From assembly GCA_964498515.1 (NCBI GenBank), contig CAZCGV010000003.1, forward strand, positions 1 through 38,887: a stretch of 38,887 nt of DNA, in the 5' to 3' direction. A model generated the notes under the pieces. It was not told the DNA's origin and did no database searches. It worked only from the letters and a program-made list of their open reading frames with translations. Positions 19,283 through 28,005 of this stretch are shown here, piece after piece; the first letter of the stretch is position 1, and every line of letters begins with the position of its first letter. The translations under genes were made by a program, and so were the position numbers. Origin of the DNA: an uncultured Methanosarcinales archaeon (GTDB taxonomy: Archaea; Nanobdellota; Nanobdellia; Woesearchaeales; SKGA01).

Positions 19283-19874
19283 CTTTCGCACCTCCAAGTA
19301 ACTTTTGAAAGTTTTCTAGGTTTTTCTGTTGCTCCTCGCTTAATTCTGCTACTGGTTCAACATCTAATTCTAAAGTGTCAATCATTTCTTTGTAAATCTT
19401 CTTTTCTTCTTTGCTTAACTTACCCTCGTTTTTCTTGCTTCTGAGACTTATTATCTTTGACAACGTGCAAGTCTCTGGTATCTCCATAAACGCCATACAG
19501 AACAACCACCAGTGTATGTCAACGCCTTTACTAATAGAGTTGTTTAAAACGCCATCGACGGCACTATAGATATACTTTGAATCCTTATCGAAGCTATACA
19601 CACGCTTTTTAGGTTTCTTTTTTGATCCTTCGGACTCTTCACCGCAGTTAAGGAACATAATAGCCTTTTCTATGGCCGTATTTATGTCGATTATTTCGCT
19701 GATTTCTATTTCATAAAGGTTGTTGATTGTAATGTTTACTTTTTCTTCATCTGTCAAACCCTTATCTTCCCAGGCCAACATTATATTAATGCAATTCCTG
19801 TAGCTGTAATCAATATCTATAATTTGACCACTTACGTCAATAGCCTCAGGGAAGTCGTTTAGTAATGCGTTCAT
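19269..19874 (-). CDS. Gp15-like tail assembly protein
   Basis: It lies between the chaperone and the tape measure. The N-terminus (FPEAIDVSGQIIDIDYSYRNCINIMLAWED..LTDEEK) resembles the Phage_Gp15 family. Confidence 0.55.
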   Translation of the reverse strand: MNALLNDFPEAIDVSGQIIDIDYSYRNCINIMLAWEDKGLTDEEKVNITINNLYEIEISEIIDINTAIEKAIMFLNCGEESEGSKKKPKKRVYSFDKDSKYIYSAVDGVLNNSISKGVDIHWWLFCMAFMEIPETCTLSKIISLRSKKNEGKLSKEEKKIYKEMIDTLELDVEPVAELSEEQQKNLENFQKLLGGAKVEAE

Positions 19875-20326
19875 TACATCACCTTGCCAACTGCTCGCCT
19901 TTCTGCTCGGTTTCTAGGCTTTAGATACTTATCCATTGATGTCTCTCTGTTTTGTTCTATAGCTTCGCCCACAAAACTCATAAATTCACCTAATAGTGCA
20001 ATATTTACACGACCTTCGAATACGTGATCACACACACCCTCACCTAGAACTCCGTCAATTGTGTTGCAAATAACAGAAAACTCTTCTTTTATCGCATTGC
20101 TTAAATCCGATACATTTTCAGGTACGCCCTCTTCATCCACCTTGATGTCCATATCTTTGTAATTGTCCTGAGATTCCTCTTGATACTTTTTAACTTCTTT
20201 GTACATGTTCGTAGCGTTTTCGATAAATTCCAAGTCATTTGGGTAAATAGTGAACTTAAAATCACCATATATTTGAATGTCTACTCCGCCTTTTTTTTCT
20301 TCACCAAAATTATATACTTTACTCAA
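19874..20326 (-). CDS. Tail assembly chaperone (putative)
   Basis: TTG start after an aggaggg RBS. Acidic 150-aa protein directly after the major tail protein. Confidence 0.5.
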   Translation of the reverse strand: MSKVYNFGEEKKGGVDIQIYGDFKFTIYPNDLEFIENATNMYKEVKKYQEESQDNYKDMDIKVDEEGVPENVSDLSNAIKEEFSVICNTIDGVLGEGVCDHVFEGRVNIALLGEFMSFVGEAIEQNRETSMDKYLKPRNRAERRAVGKVM

Positions 20327-20339
20327 TTAAATCCCTCCT

Positions 20340-20369
20340 AAAATAAAAGCCCACCCATAAAGAGTGGGC
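20340..20369 (-). terminator. Intrinsic terminator after the major tail protein gene
   Basis: The minus strand reads GCCCAC-tctttatgg-GTGGGC followed by ttttatttt. Confidence 0.7.
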
Positions 20370-20376
20370 ATATTGC

Positions 20377-20895
20377 CTAAGATGCTGTGAATGTTCCACC
20401 TAGTGGTGATGTTGACCATGTACCAACAGTAAATGTTTTGGTAGTCATGTTAAAAGCTCCAATAGTTAAATTACCTGTGTAATGGATGTTAATAGGAATC
20501 TGTCTACCCGTTGTGTCTCCGCCATCAGAAACGATTTCAATTGCTACATCTTCTTTAATAGCAGGGTAATTATCTCCGTCCGGAGTTTCCCAACCATGCA
20601 CGTTAACGATGTCTGTGTTTCTATCGTCAAGTTCTAACCTTTGTTCTATAATGCCTTGTAGCAATCCATAAATAGGGTCCGTAGGATCTGCGTAATAAGG
20701 CTCTACTGAAGCTTCAGCGTTTCCGTTTGTAATTCTTATAGAAGTTTCGCCTAAAATGTTTATGGTTTTTTCAACCTCATCATTCATAGTTTTTGTAAAC
20801 TCTTCTAAATCTCCACCTAGCCGTTGATAGGTAGCTGTAGACTTTGGAGTTCCATTCAAATAATGAGCATACAACTTTCTTGCTGTTTTTGCCAT
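20377..20895 (-). CDS. Major tail protein
   Basis: 172 aa, located after the head-tail joining genes and before the chaperones. It is followed by a terminator. Confidence 0.7.
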   Translation of the reverse strand: MAKTARKLYAHYLNGTPKSTATYQRLGGDLEEFTKTMNDEVEKTINILGETSIRITNGNAEASVEPYYADPTDPIYGLLQGIIEQRLELDDRNTDIVNVHGWETPDGDNYPAIKEDVAIEIVSDGGDTTGRQIPINIHYTGNLTIGAFNMTTKTFTVGTWSTSPLGGTFTAS

Positions 20896-20897
20896 TG

Positions 20898-21332
20898 TTA
20901 TTCCCCTTTCTGCCTATATATTAATTGGCAAGTGATTTGATATACCGCTGTTTCTCCGCTTTCGTCAGTAGCGGATAAATACGGATTGTTAATAGTTTCT
21001 ATTTCTGAAGGTATTTTATCTGAGTCTAAGTCAGGAAATACCTTGTTTTTAGTGTTATCTTTCAACCACTTTGAGAAATCCTCATAAAATACTTGGTTGT
21101 TGATATACTGTGTTAATGAGTTTGTGTTACCCCTGAGAAGTAATAAAAACTGATAGGCTTCCTCGCTGTCTCCGTTTATATATTCCTTCAAGGTAGGCAC
21201 ATTAGGGATAGGGCTAATAGAATAACTTAGAGTCTCATCCAACTTGTCAACGTTAAATTTTGGCTTTGTGCCTACGTCTTTTAAGTGTGGGCAAGTTTTA
21301 ATGTAATCTTTTACTGCTTCTATAAGCTTCAT
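20898..21332 (-). CDS. Tail completion / tail terminator protein (putative)
   Basis: Assigned by synteny only. Confidence 0.45.
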   Translation of the reverse strand: MKLIEAVKDYIKTCPHLKDVGTKPKFNVDKLDETLSYSISPIPNVPTLKEYINGDSEEAYQFLLLLRGNTNSLTQYINNQVFYEDFSKWLKDNTKNKVFPDLDSDKIPSEIETINNPYLSATDESGETAVYQITCQLIYRQKGE

Positions 21333-21691
21333 CTAATCACCTTCCCTGCTTGCTTTCTGATGTAATCTTTAAACGATGTTTTCATTCTTTCGAACCAAAA
21401 CGCCCCTCTTAGTGGTGCGCCTTGAAAGTTGAGTTGTGGGTTGTAGTAGTTCTTTTTGTCATATGGTGCGCCTGTTTTCAGTTCGCCAGTACCAGGTGTA
21501 GAACGTAAAACAAATAACTTTTGCGAGGTCCCTGTATCAAAAGGCATGTAAGGTGCCGATAATCGGATAACCTCATTATCTACTATAACCTGAGCCTGTT
21601 TAATTTCTTTTGACCTTGTATCACTAAACCTATTATTAAAGATTAGTGATACACCGTCCTGTTTTACGTTTCTAGGTTGTTTGATTAACAT
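21329..21691 (-). CDS. HK97 gp10-like / minor capsid 2-like head-tail joining protein
   Basis: APYMPFDTGTSQ and GAPLRGAFWFERM fit the pattern, as does the position. Confidence 0.5.
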   Translation of the reverse strand: MLIKQPRNVKQDGVSLIFNNRFSDTRSKEIKQAQVIVDNEVIRLSAPYMPFDTGTSQKLFVLRSTPGTGELKTGAPYDKKNYYNPQLNFQGAPLRGAFWFERMKTSFKDYIRKQAGKVIR

Positions 21692-22095
21692 TAACTACCA
21701 CCAACCTCTACATGATGCATCATAGAGCTACCAAATATTTTAGGGTCTACAGATAGCACAGTAAGGACGTTATCATAATTTGCTTCAACATCTTCAATAG
21801 GTGTAAGTAAATCAACGTTTCCTTTTACTATTTTATCCTGCATCCCTATAGTCCAATATCCAGTTTTGTCTACTAGAGCGTTATATTCTTTAGGCTCTTT
21901 GAACATTTCAACATCAGGAATTGCCACAAATACAGTATCAGACTTTTCAAAACCTGATGATATTCTCGTTGCTCTTGCTACAAAATCCCAAAAGCAACTA
22001 GGAATATAAAACCCAACCCAAGTATCTTGCATTTCTACTTCGTCATAAACCCTATGAAATATCGTACAATCTGAGTTAGTATACATAGTTAGCAC
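21691..22095 (-). CDS. Head closure / head-tail adaptor protein (putative)
   Basis: Assigned by synteny. Confidence 0.45.
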   Translation of the reverse strand: MLTMYTNSDCTIFHRVYDEVEMQDTWVGFYIPSCFWDFVARATRISSGFEKSDTVFVAIPDVEMFKEPKEYNALVDKTGYWTIGMQDKIVKGNVDLLTPIEDVEANYDNVLTVLSVDPKIFGSSMMHHVEVGGS

Positions 22096-22432
22096 CTCTA
22101 TACAATAACCCTGTCTTTCCTAGATATTTAACTATAATAGAGTAAATTAATTGATCATTTGATTGTCCAGGAGTGGAGTCTTTAAAACTTACTTTATAAC
22201 TTCCTATACTCTCGCTGGTTAATTCTCTGTTGTTGTCTAAATCATAAAGATTGTCCATGACCGCACAAGTACATTTTTTAACATCATCTGTTACATCTTC
22301 AGCAACTTCTATTTTTTCAATATACTCATTGACTTTCTCGGTTGCCCTCTCTGAATAATAAGGAAATTTCAAAGAGGACACCTTGAAGCCATGATAAACA
22401 TCTGTGTAATACGTGTTGTCTATATAACTCAT
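22076..22432 (-). CDS. gp6-like head-tail connector protein (putative)
   Basis: First gene of the connector block after the capsid region. Assigned by synteny. Confidence 0.5.
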   Translation of the reverse strand: MSYIDNTYYTDVYHGFKVSSLKFPYYSERATEKVNEYIEKIEVAEDVTDDVKKCTCAVMDNLYDLDNNRELTSESIGSYKVSFKDSTPGQSNDQLIYSIIVKYLGKTGLLYRGANYVY

Positions 22433-22449
22433 AGTGTCCCCCTCATTAC

Positions 22450-22686
22450 TTATTCTTCAATTTCAGAAACTTCATAGCCTTTGGCTTTTAGTCTCATAGC
22501 GGTGTATTCGTTGTCTGTACGTCCAATACCATTAGAGAATAGCATCCCAAATCTCTCACCGTTAAATTCTGAAAAGCCTTTTTGTGGCTTAATAACCACT
22601 TTAAAAAACTTGTTTTCTTCAGTAGGTTTTTCTACTACTTCTTCTACCAATTCTTCAGTAGGTTTTTCTACAGGTTTTCTACCCAT
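22450..22686 (-). CDS. Hypothetical protein after the major capsid gene
   Basis: 78 aa, with a duplicated VEKPTEE motif encoded by a 21-bp repeat at 22615-22635 and 22651-22671. Confidence 0.6.
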   Translation of the reverse strand: MGRKPVEKPTEELVEEVVEKPTEENKFFKVVIKPQKGFSEFNGERFGMLFSNGIGRTDNEYTAMRLKAKGYEVSEIEE

Positions 22687-22696
22687 GATTTACCCC

Positions 22697-23668
22697 CTAT
22701 TTAATCTTGATACGTCTGATTACACATGCTGCTCTTGTATCCTTAACAGCAATTGCAGTAGGCATTTCCACGTCACCGTCTTTCATTACACCAGGTTCGT
22801 TCAAATCAGGTGTATAAGACATAATTACAGGTGAGCCAGTAGGAACAACGCCACACATACCGTCTCTAGGTCTGTCTAATACAACAGCGTAAATGTCAGT
22901 TTCGCCAGTTGCGCCGTCAGTAGGAATGATATCCACTTCAGTTGTACCATTAAAGTATTTTTCCATATCATAGAACGGCGTACCATTCCAACCAGTTACT
23001 TTTCTACCAAACGCATCTTCGGTTTGAGTTAAGTAACCTGCTCTACGTGCGATTGATTCCATCTTAGACATCATATCGTTGTTCATAAGCAATAATGATG
23101 CCTTGCCTTTTAACTTGTTAAGTGACGAGTTAATAAGATCTAGGAATTCATTGTAGTTTGAATCCATAAGTGCTGAAGTTGAAATGTCAATTGCAGCAGC
23201 AGTATTAAACTCTGTGTCTGAACCTGTTAAAATAACGTCAAGACCGTCAAATTCTAACGGATCGCCAGTAGCATCACCATTAATAAAGCTGTTTTGGAAC
23301 TCGTTTTTTACAGCCATAATCTTTTCATCAATTTGATACTGAAGTTCATCTACTGCGCCATCTGTACCAAGTAACAATCTGTCAATAGAATAAGTTCCGC
23401 CCAAGATTTTAACTTGAACTGTCTTTGATTCTCTGATCGCTTGGTGCTTGTCATACTCAGTGTTCAATGCTCTGAAACCTGCTCTTGATGGCGTCTTAGT
23501 ATTTACGAATCCGTAAACTAAAGTTGAGCCACCAGTACCAGGTGATGTTGCATCGTCAAATGTTAACATATCCATTAACATTGAGCCTCTTTGAGTCTTG
23601 TCAATAATATATTGTGCGTACTTGTCAGCCATGCCGACTTTTGCTTCTGCTAATGTAATTAAAGCCAT
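22697..23668 (-). CDS. Major capsid protein
   Basis: 323 aa, directly after the scaffold gene, with a strong aggagg-type RBS. Confidence 0.8.
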   Translation of the reverse strand: MALITLAEAKVGMADKYAQYIIDKTQRGSMLMDMLTFDDATSPGTGGSTLVYGFVNTKTPSRAGFRALNTEYDKHQAIRESKTVQVKILGGTYSIDRLLLGTDGAVDELQYQIDEKIMAVKNEFQNSFINGDATGDPLEFDGLDVILTGSDTEFNTAAAIDISTSALMDSNYNEFLDLINSSLNKLKGKASLLLMNNDMMSKMESIARRAGYLTQTEDAFGRKVTGWNGTPFYDMEKYFNGTTEVDIIPTDGATGETDIYAVVLDRPRDGMCGVVPTGSPVIMSYTPDLNEPGVMKDGDVEMPTAIAVKDTRAACVIRRIKIK

Positions 23669-23692
23669 TTTAAAGCCTCCTTATAATTCCAC

Positions 23693-24247
23693 CTATTTAG
23701 GGAAACTATAGTCAGGTTGCGCCTGTTCTTTTGCGCCACCAGTCTTATTGCCCCATGTTGGTGGTGGTGTTTTATCGTCTTTTTTCTCTTCTTCTTTAAC
23801 AAACGCAGTTGGAGAATCCTCTTGCATCTTGGTCATGAAATCTTTAGCACCTAGAATTGTTGTGCCGTCCAATTTGAAGCCTTGGCCCTTCAATTCTGTT
23901 AACGCTTGTTTTTTAGCAAGTTCACTTGTGAACTTATAGCCACCTAAGAAATCTTTGGCAATTGATTCAAAGTTTTGTGTATCCAACTTTTCCTGTAGAG
24001 CCTTAGTGTCGGTATCGTACTTTAATTTTAACTCGTCAATCATCTTCTTTTGACCTTCTACATCCAATCCCTCAAACTTCTTTAACTCTTCCTGAGTAGA
24101 TTCTAAGGTTTCTTTAAGACCATCCCTCTCAGTTTCAGCTTTTTCAGTCTTAGTCTTCTCCTTTTCAATGTCCTTGCCATTCTCAGCCATGATTTTGTCA
24201 ATAGCTTCTTTTTCAAGACCCAACTCTGTTAAAAACTCTCTTTTCAT
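23693..24247 (-). CDS. Scaffolding protein (Phage_GP20-like)
   Basis: MKREFLTELGLEKEAIDKIMAENGKDIEKEK followed by a charged coiled-coil sequence. It precedes the capsid gene. Confidence 0.85.
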   Translation of the reverse strand: MKREFLTELGLEKEAIDKIMAENGKDIEKEKTKTEKAETERDGLKETLESTQEELKKFEGLDVEGQKKMIDELKLKYDTDTKALQEKLDTQNFESIAKDFLGGYKFTSELAKKQALTELKGQGFKLDGTTILGAKDFMTKMQEDSPTAFVKEEEKKDDKTPPPTWGNKTGGAKEQAQPDYSFPK

Positions 24248-24326
24248 TTGTTAAAACCTCCTACGATTTTTTTACGCCTTTTTCTTAGGCAAAATTTATA
24301 GTTTTACGAACATTTCGGTCATATAC

Positions 24327-24364
24327 ATTATATCATGTTTTGTTTTTGAGTGCAAAATATTGCA
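24327..24364 (-). promoter_or_regulatory. Late (scaffold-capsid) promoter overlapped by a TGCAA-N4-TTGCA operator
   Basis: The minus strand reads TGCAAtattTTGCAC, a 17-nt spacer, then tgaTATAAT. The right half-site of the operator (24351-24364) forms the -35 (24350-24355). Confidence 0.55.
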
Positions 24365-24375
24365 GTTTTGGGGAA

Positions 24376-24400
24376 TAAAAAAAGACTCCGAAGAGTCTTT
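24376..24400 (-). terminator. Intrinsic terminator after the tRNA
   Basis: Perfect hairpin aaagactc-ttcg-gagtcttt followed by a T-run on the minus strand. Confidence 0.8.
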
Positions 24401-24469
24401 AGTAATGGTTTTGCGAATCAATCGAAATATCATCGCCTTTCTTTGCTGTCTATCCCATCAAAAGCCTAC

Positions 24470-24545
24470 TGGCGACAATGGTAGGACTCGAACCTACGAC
24501 ACATCGGTTAACAGCCGACCGCTCTACCAACTGAGCTACAAAGTC
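24470..24545 (-). tRNA. trnN: tRNA-Asn (anticodon GUU), CCA encoded
   Basis: GACTTTGTAGCTCAGTTGGTAGAGCGGTCGGCTGTTAACCGATGTGTCGTAGGTTCGAGTCCTACCATTGTCGCCA. D arm GCTC/GAGC. Anticodon loop CTGTTAA. T arm GTAGG-TTCGAGT-CCTAC. The acceptor stem has two U-U mismatches, at 4:69 and 5:68. Confidence 0.8.
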
Positions 24546-24686
24546 ATGTTATGCAGCATTATCAACACCAGCCACCTCCGCCTTATGTTGATTTCGTAAG
24601 GAATAAGTATTGACGTTTCGGTTACTTTCGCGGAGTTTCTTCACGTGGCTTATATTTATAACTCCGTAATAACCTTGCATATAATG

Positions 24687-24729
24687 ATTATAACATACCT
24701 GTGAATTGTTTCAACTGCAAAATGTTGCA
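24687..24729 (-). promoter_or_regulatory. Operator plus SigA-type promoter driving the leader and tRNA-Asn
   Basis: The minus strand reads TGCAAcattTTGCAgTTGAAA, a 16-nt spacer, then tgtTATAAT. The operator is 24716-24729, the -35 is 24709-24714 and the -10 is 24687-24692. Confidence 0.6.
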
Positions 24730-24947
24730 TTGTATATCACAAACTTCATAAGATAGCCAACTCTTTCTGTATGCAATAACACCAACCCTCTTTTTTTGAG
24801 GTATTTTTTTACTGACAGTATCATTATATTTCTTTTTATAAAATTACCATTTTCGCAAATAAAAGTACAAACCTCTGTAATATTGTGTTTTTGTTCTTTC
24901 AAAGCCAATTCAATCAATTGAAATGTTATATATTTATACGTTTTCAT
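24711..24947 (-). CDS. Hypothetical 78-aa protein (uncertain)
   Basis: An aggaggg RBS precedes the start, but the spacer is short. The 3' end overlaps the tRNA promoter and operator. Confidence 0.4.
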   Translation of the reverse strand: MKTYKYITFQLIELALKEQKHNITEVCTFICENGNFIKRNIMILSVKKYLKKRGLVLLHTERVGYLMKFVIYNATFCS

Positions 24948-24955
24948 AATCCCTC

Positions 24956-26086
24956 CTATTGACTAGCAATCCGTTCTCTCGTATAATCTCTACGAACATT
25001 TGTAGCTTTGGTAAATGCACGAGCCTCGCTCTGCCACTGCCTAACTTTGTTATTCGCAAAACTAGCGTCCTGTTTGGCTACTTCCATGAGGTGTGCTTCT
25101 AGTTTCCATTCTCTGATTTTTCGCTCGTGGTAGCGTTGCTTCTGCGTGGCTTCGTAATAACTATACGTCTTGCCTTTGTATGATACGTCAGGCTTTTCTA
25201 GCGATTTACGCATTTCTTCCGTTAGTGCTGAAGGTGCGCCCTCTGGTAGGCCGAAAAAACTGTGGCGGCAGTTAGGCCCTCCGAGTCCTTCGGGAGTTCC
25301 GTAACCAGTGGCGGTGTAGAAGTTCTGATATTTTCTACTGCTACCGACCTTCAAGAATTTTTTACCTTGCCAACCCTCGTGATTAGCTGGTCCTTCTCCC
25401 GTATCTCTAGCGCCGATATGTGCAGATGTTTCGATGTACTTAGCGCCCGTTTGTTCTGCTCTCATTTCTGATAGCGCTAATGTTGATTTATTAACACCCG
25501 TTAAAATATTACTGCGTACAGCACTCTCTATAGTCCTTTCTTCACCACTGGGATATACAACTCTCAATCCTTCTTTAGATATCTCTTTAGTAGCCATTTT
25601 AATAGCCTGATCGTATGAGAACGCGCCTGATTGCACCTGTAACTGTGCTATACTTGTATGCTTAATAAATAACTGCTGTGCTTTTAATGCCGTTGTCTGA
25701 GTCAAATTACTTAAATCACCATTGGTTTTGAGTATGTTAGCCTCTAGTACATTTAACATTGATTGACTTTGTGCCAAAGGCACTACAGTAAGTCCGGCTG
25801 ACGTGTAAATCTTATCATCGAATCTCAGTGACTTGATAGAAGATGATTCAAAGGCTTCTGTGACAAGCTCTTCACTCTGACCAGTAATTTTAGCAATCTG
25901 TATAATTGCGTTTTGATACACGAACCCTGCTTCTCTTGCTTGTTCTAATTGCCATATAGAAGTAGCTGATAAATAATTCATGTTGTAGGTCCGTCTTACT
26001 ACATCCTCTAGTATTGAAATCTCAAGGTCAGCGTATAGAGAAACAATATCATCGGGTAATCGGTCCAGGTATTCTGCAGTTAACAT
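24956..26086 (-). CDS. Head morphogenesis / minor head protein (SPP1 gp7 / Mu F-like)
   Basis: LTAEYLDRLPDDIVSLYADLEISILEDVVRR.. at the N-terminus and GGPNCRHSFF later are typical of the family. Confidence 0.85.
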   Translation of the reverse strand: MLTAEYLDRLPDDIVSLYADLEISILEDVVRRTYNMNYLSATSIWQLEQAREAGFVYQNAIIQIAKITGQSEELVTEAFESSSIKSLRFDDKIYTSAGLTVVPLAQSQSMLNVLEANILKTNGDLSNLTQTTALKAQQLFIKHTSIAQLQVQSGAFSYDQAIKMATKEISKEGLRVVYPSGEERTIESAVRSNILTGVNKSTLALSEMRAEQTGAKYIETSAHIGARDTGEGPANHEGWQGKKFLKVGSSRKYQNFYTATGYGTPEGLGGPNCRHSFFGLPEGAPSALTEEMRKSLEKPDVSYKGKTYSYYEATQKQRYHERKIREWKLEAHLMEVAKQDASFANNKVRQWQSEARAFTKATNVRRDYTRERIASQ

Positions 26087-26238
26087 TATTCAAATGACTC
26101 CTTTCTAAGTAAATGAATGTGTAGTATTTCTTCATCACTCATATTTGTACACTCGATTAATTCTGTGTTAATTTTACAATCATACCGAATCGAAAACCCA
26201 TCCGAATTACGTATTTTAATTTCTATCAATTCTTTCAT
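26086..26238 (-). CDS. Small hypothetical protein, 50 aa (below the cutoff)
   Basis: MKELIEIKIRNSDGFSIRYDCKINTELIECTNMSDEEILHIHLLRKESFE. It has an ATGA overlap upstream and a TAATG overlap downstream. Confidence 0.45.
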   Translation of the reverse strand: MKELIEIKIRNSDGFSIRYDCKINTELIECTNMSDEEILHIHLLRKESFE

Positions 26239-26336
26239 TTCAACCTCTTCTCTAGCCGCGTATTGGCTTTTAATAATATTTTGTTGAGTAGTTTGACGAG
26301 TGGTAACAACAGCTTTTTTAGTCTATGTTTCATCAT
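26235..26336 (-). CDS. Possible 33-aa basic amphipathic peptide
   Basis: MMKHRLKKLLLPLVKLLNKILLKANTRLEKRLK. Supported only by overlapping start and stop codons with its neighbours. Confidence 0.25.
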   Translation of the reverse strand: MMKHRLKKLLLPLVKLLNKILLKANTRLEKRLK

Positions 26337-26485
26337 TTCTTCATCCACTCCCTTACCTCTTGTAAATCAAATAAAACTTTACCATTACGACACTTCTGAT
26401 ATTTTGGCATACCGCTTTTAACGTAATTATCTACTGTATTTGGATGCACGCCTAGTTCTTTTGCTAGTTGTGTTCTTGTTAGCAT
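26333..26485 (-). CDS. Excisionase/MerR-type HTH_17 DNA-binding protein, 50 aa
   Basis: MLTRTQLAKELGVHPNTVDNYVKSGMPKYQKCRNGKVLFDLQEVREWMKK follows the classic Xis/AlpA-like pattern. Confidence 0.6.
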   Translation of the reverse strand: MLTRTQLAKELGVHPNTVDNYVKSGMPKYQKCRNGKVLFDLQEVREWMKK

Positions 26486-26505
26486 TTGTTATCACCGCCT
26501 AATCT

Positions 26506-26670
26506 TTAATTTTCAAATACCCATTGGTCGCATTTTTCGCATATAAGTATAGTAGCACCACCGTAATCAGAATTTATTTTTACATCTGCTTCTTTGTCAT
26601 ATTCATCTTTAGTAAACGTTACTTTTGCACCACAATTATTACATATAACTGTAAAACCTTTGTCTTTCAT
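26506..26670 (-). CDS. Small zinc-ribbon protein, 54 aa (below the cutoff)
   Basis: MKDKGFTVICNNCGAKVTFTKDEYDKEADVKINSDYGGATILICEKCDQWVFEN has CxxC..CxxC. It lies directly after paralog B. Confidence 0.55.
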   Translation of the reverse strand: MKDKGFTVICNNCGAKVTFTKDEYDKEADVKINSDYGGATILICEKCDQWVFEN

Positions 26671-26672
26671 AT

Positions 26673-26972
26673 CTACTCACCATCCTCTTTAATCCAGTAA
26701 CGTCTAATTACGTTGCACGTTTGAGTTTCAAAAGCACCTAAGTAACGATCACGCCATTTCATCAAGAAAATGTAACCTGTTAATTCTTGTATAACTGCGT
26801 TAATTGAATTACTGCTACATCCTATTCTTGTGCCGTTAATAACCAATATTTCACTTTGTCCCGTTTCTTTAATCTCATAGTCATAATTCGTTATACCGTA
26901 AGCTTCGCAAATTGGCTTGATGGTATCTAGTATTATAACCCTCTTCTGGTTTAAGTATTTCATATCTCTCAT
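26673..26972 (-). CDS. Hypothetical protein, paralog B of the 184-480 product
   Basis: See paralog A. It has its own promoter upstream and an aaggaggg RBS. Confidence 0.75.
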   Translation of the reverse strand: MRDMKYLNQKRVIILDTIKPICEAYGITNYDYEIKETGQSEILVINGTRIGCSSNSINAVIQELTGYIFLMKWRDRYLGAFETQTCNVIRRYWIKEDGE

Positions 26973-26994
26973 TCAAAAACCCTCCTTTTGTCAT

Positions 26995-27023
26995 ATCATA
27001 TCACAATACGTCACAATATGCAA
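26995..27023 (-). promoter_or_regulatory. SigA-type promoter of the paralog-B operon (sister of 29729-29757)
   Basis: The minus strand reads TTGCAT, a 17-nt spacer, then TATGAT. The spacer consists of two phased TCACAATA repeats (plus strand 27001-27008 and 27011-27018). Confidence 0.55.
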
Positions 27024-27026
27024 GTA

Positions 27027-27050
27027 TAAAAAAGCACCCTTTCGAGTGCT
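27027..27050 (-). terminator. Intrinsic terminator after the 290-aa gene
   Basis: The minus strand reads agcac-tcgaaagg-gtgct followed by tttttt. Confidence 0.7.
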
Positions 27051-27055
27051 AATTC

Positions 27056-27928
27056 TTATCCCTGTTTGATATATCCTTCAACTACTAATTCAAATGATAT
27101 TAGACCTGTTAAATCATCTTGTACAACCATTTGTAATTCTTCGTCTTTCTCTAAAATAATCTCGCTGCCGAGTTTTTCAAATGTTAATCGACCACTAAGA
27201 CCATTAACGTTAAAAGGTAGCGTGGAATCAAAGAATGTAACATCATACATGATAAGTTGAAGCCTGTTGTTGGTCTTTGCGTTGAATAAATTCACAAAGC
27301 TACCGTCTTTTAGTTTCTTTCTGAACTGGATACCCCTTGTAAGTCCACCAGCAATGTCACCGAATGAATTAAATAGTGCTGCATCTGTACACACGATATT
27401 AAACATGCCCCTTGTATAGTATGCGTCCTGATCAAACGTATTAGCTACTTTAAATACCACAGGAGTAACCGATCCATTAACTTTAGCGTTGTAATTGTGC
27501 CTAGAAATCGAAGCACCAGCAGCAGTGTAAATCGAATCTACTGGTCTATCTAACGTCAATTCATTTACATTGATAGATAACACAACCGCATGAAACGTTT
27601 TAGAGTATATTCCGTTTTCTTCTAGCTTAATTAGGTCGTTAGTTGAAAATTGTGTTCCATCTGTAACGCTTATTGTGTATGAATCAACTACAGTATCAGC
27701 CGACAAGGTTAATCCTTCGGTTAAAACTTGCGCTAGTGGAGTAATAACCAACTTTTCAACCGTTTTCTTTGGTACTTCACTCCAATTCGCACCATCTGAT
27801 ATATATTCCTTACCTGTGTCATTCTCATAAAATTCTGTTGCGTTGCCTTTAACTAAATTAACATCAGCTAATCTCTCCGCTCTTGTGCCGTAATACTTCC
27901 CCGTAGTCCCTTTGTATTCTATTGCCAT
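27056..27928 (-). CDS. Hypothetical 290-aa protein in the accessory island
   Basis: Flanked by hairpin terminators on both sides. The N-terminal FYENDTGKEYISDGANW resembles a motif seen in phage fibre or decoration proteins. No family assigned. Confidence 0.7.
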   Translation of the reverse strand: MAIEYKGTTGKYYGTRAERLADVNLVKGNATEFYENDTGKEYISDGANWSEVPKKTVEKLVITPLAQVLTEGLTLSADTVVDSYTISVTDGTQFSTNDLIKLEENGIYSKTFHAVVLSINVNELTLDRPVDSIYTAAGASISRHNYNAKVNGSVTPVVFKVANTFDQDAYYTRGMFNIVCTDAALFNSFGDIAGGLTRGIQFRKKLKDGSFVNLFNAKTNNRLQLIMYDVTFFDSTLPFNVNGLSGRLTFEKLGSEIILEKDEELQMVVQDDLTGLISFELVVEGYIKQG

Positions 27929-27945
27929 TGTAAACCACCTTTCTT

Positions 27946-27990
27946 ATAATAAAAGACCCTCTCTATAATTATACATCATAAAAGGGTCTT
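27946..27990 (-). terminator. Terminator-like hairpin after the C5 methyltransferase gene
   Basis: Stem aagaccct/agggtctt, a 22-nt loop and an interrupted U-tract. Confidence 0.4.
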
Positions 27991-28005
27991 AAAAGTGCCA
28001 TTATG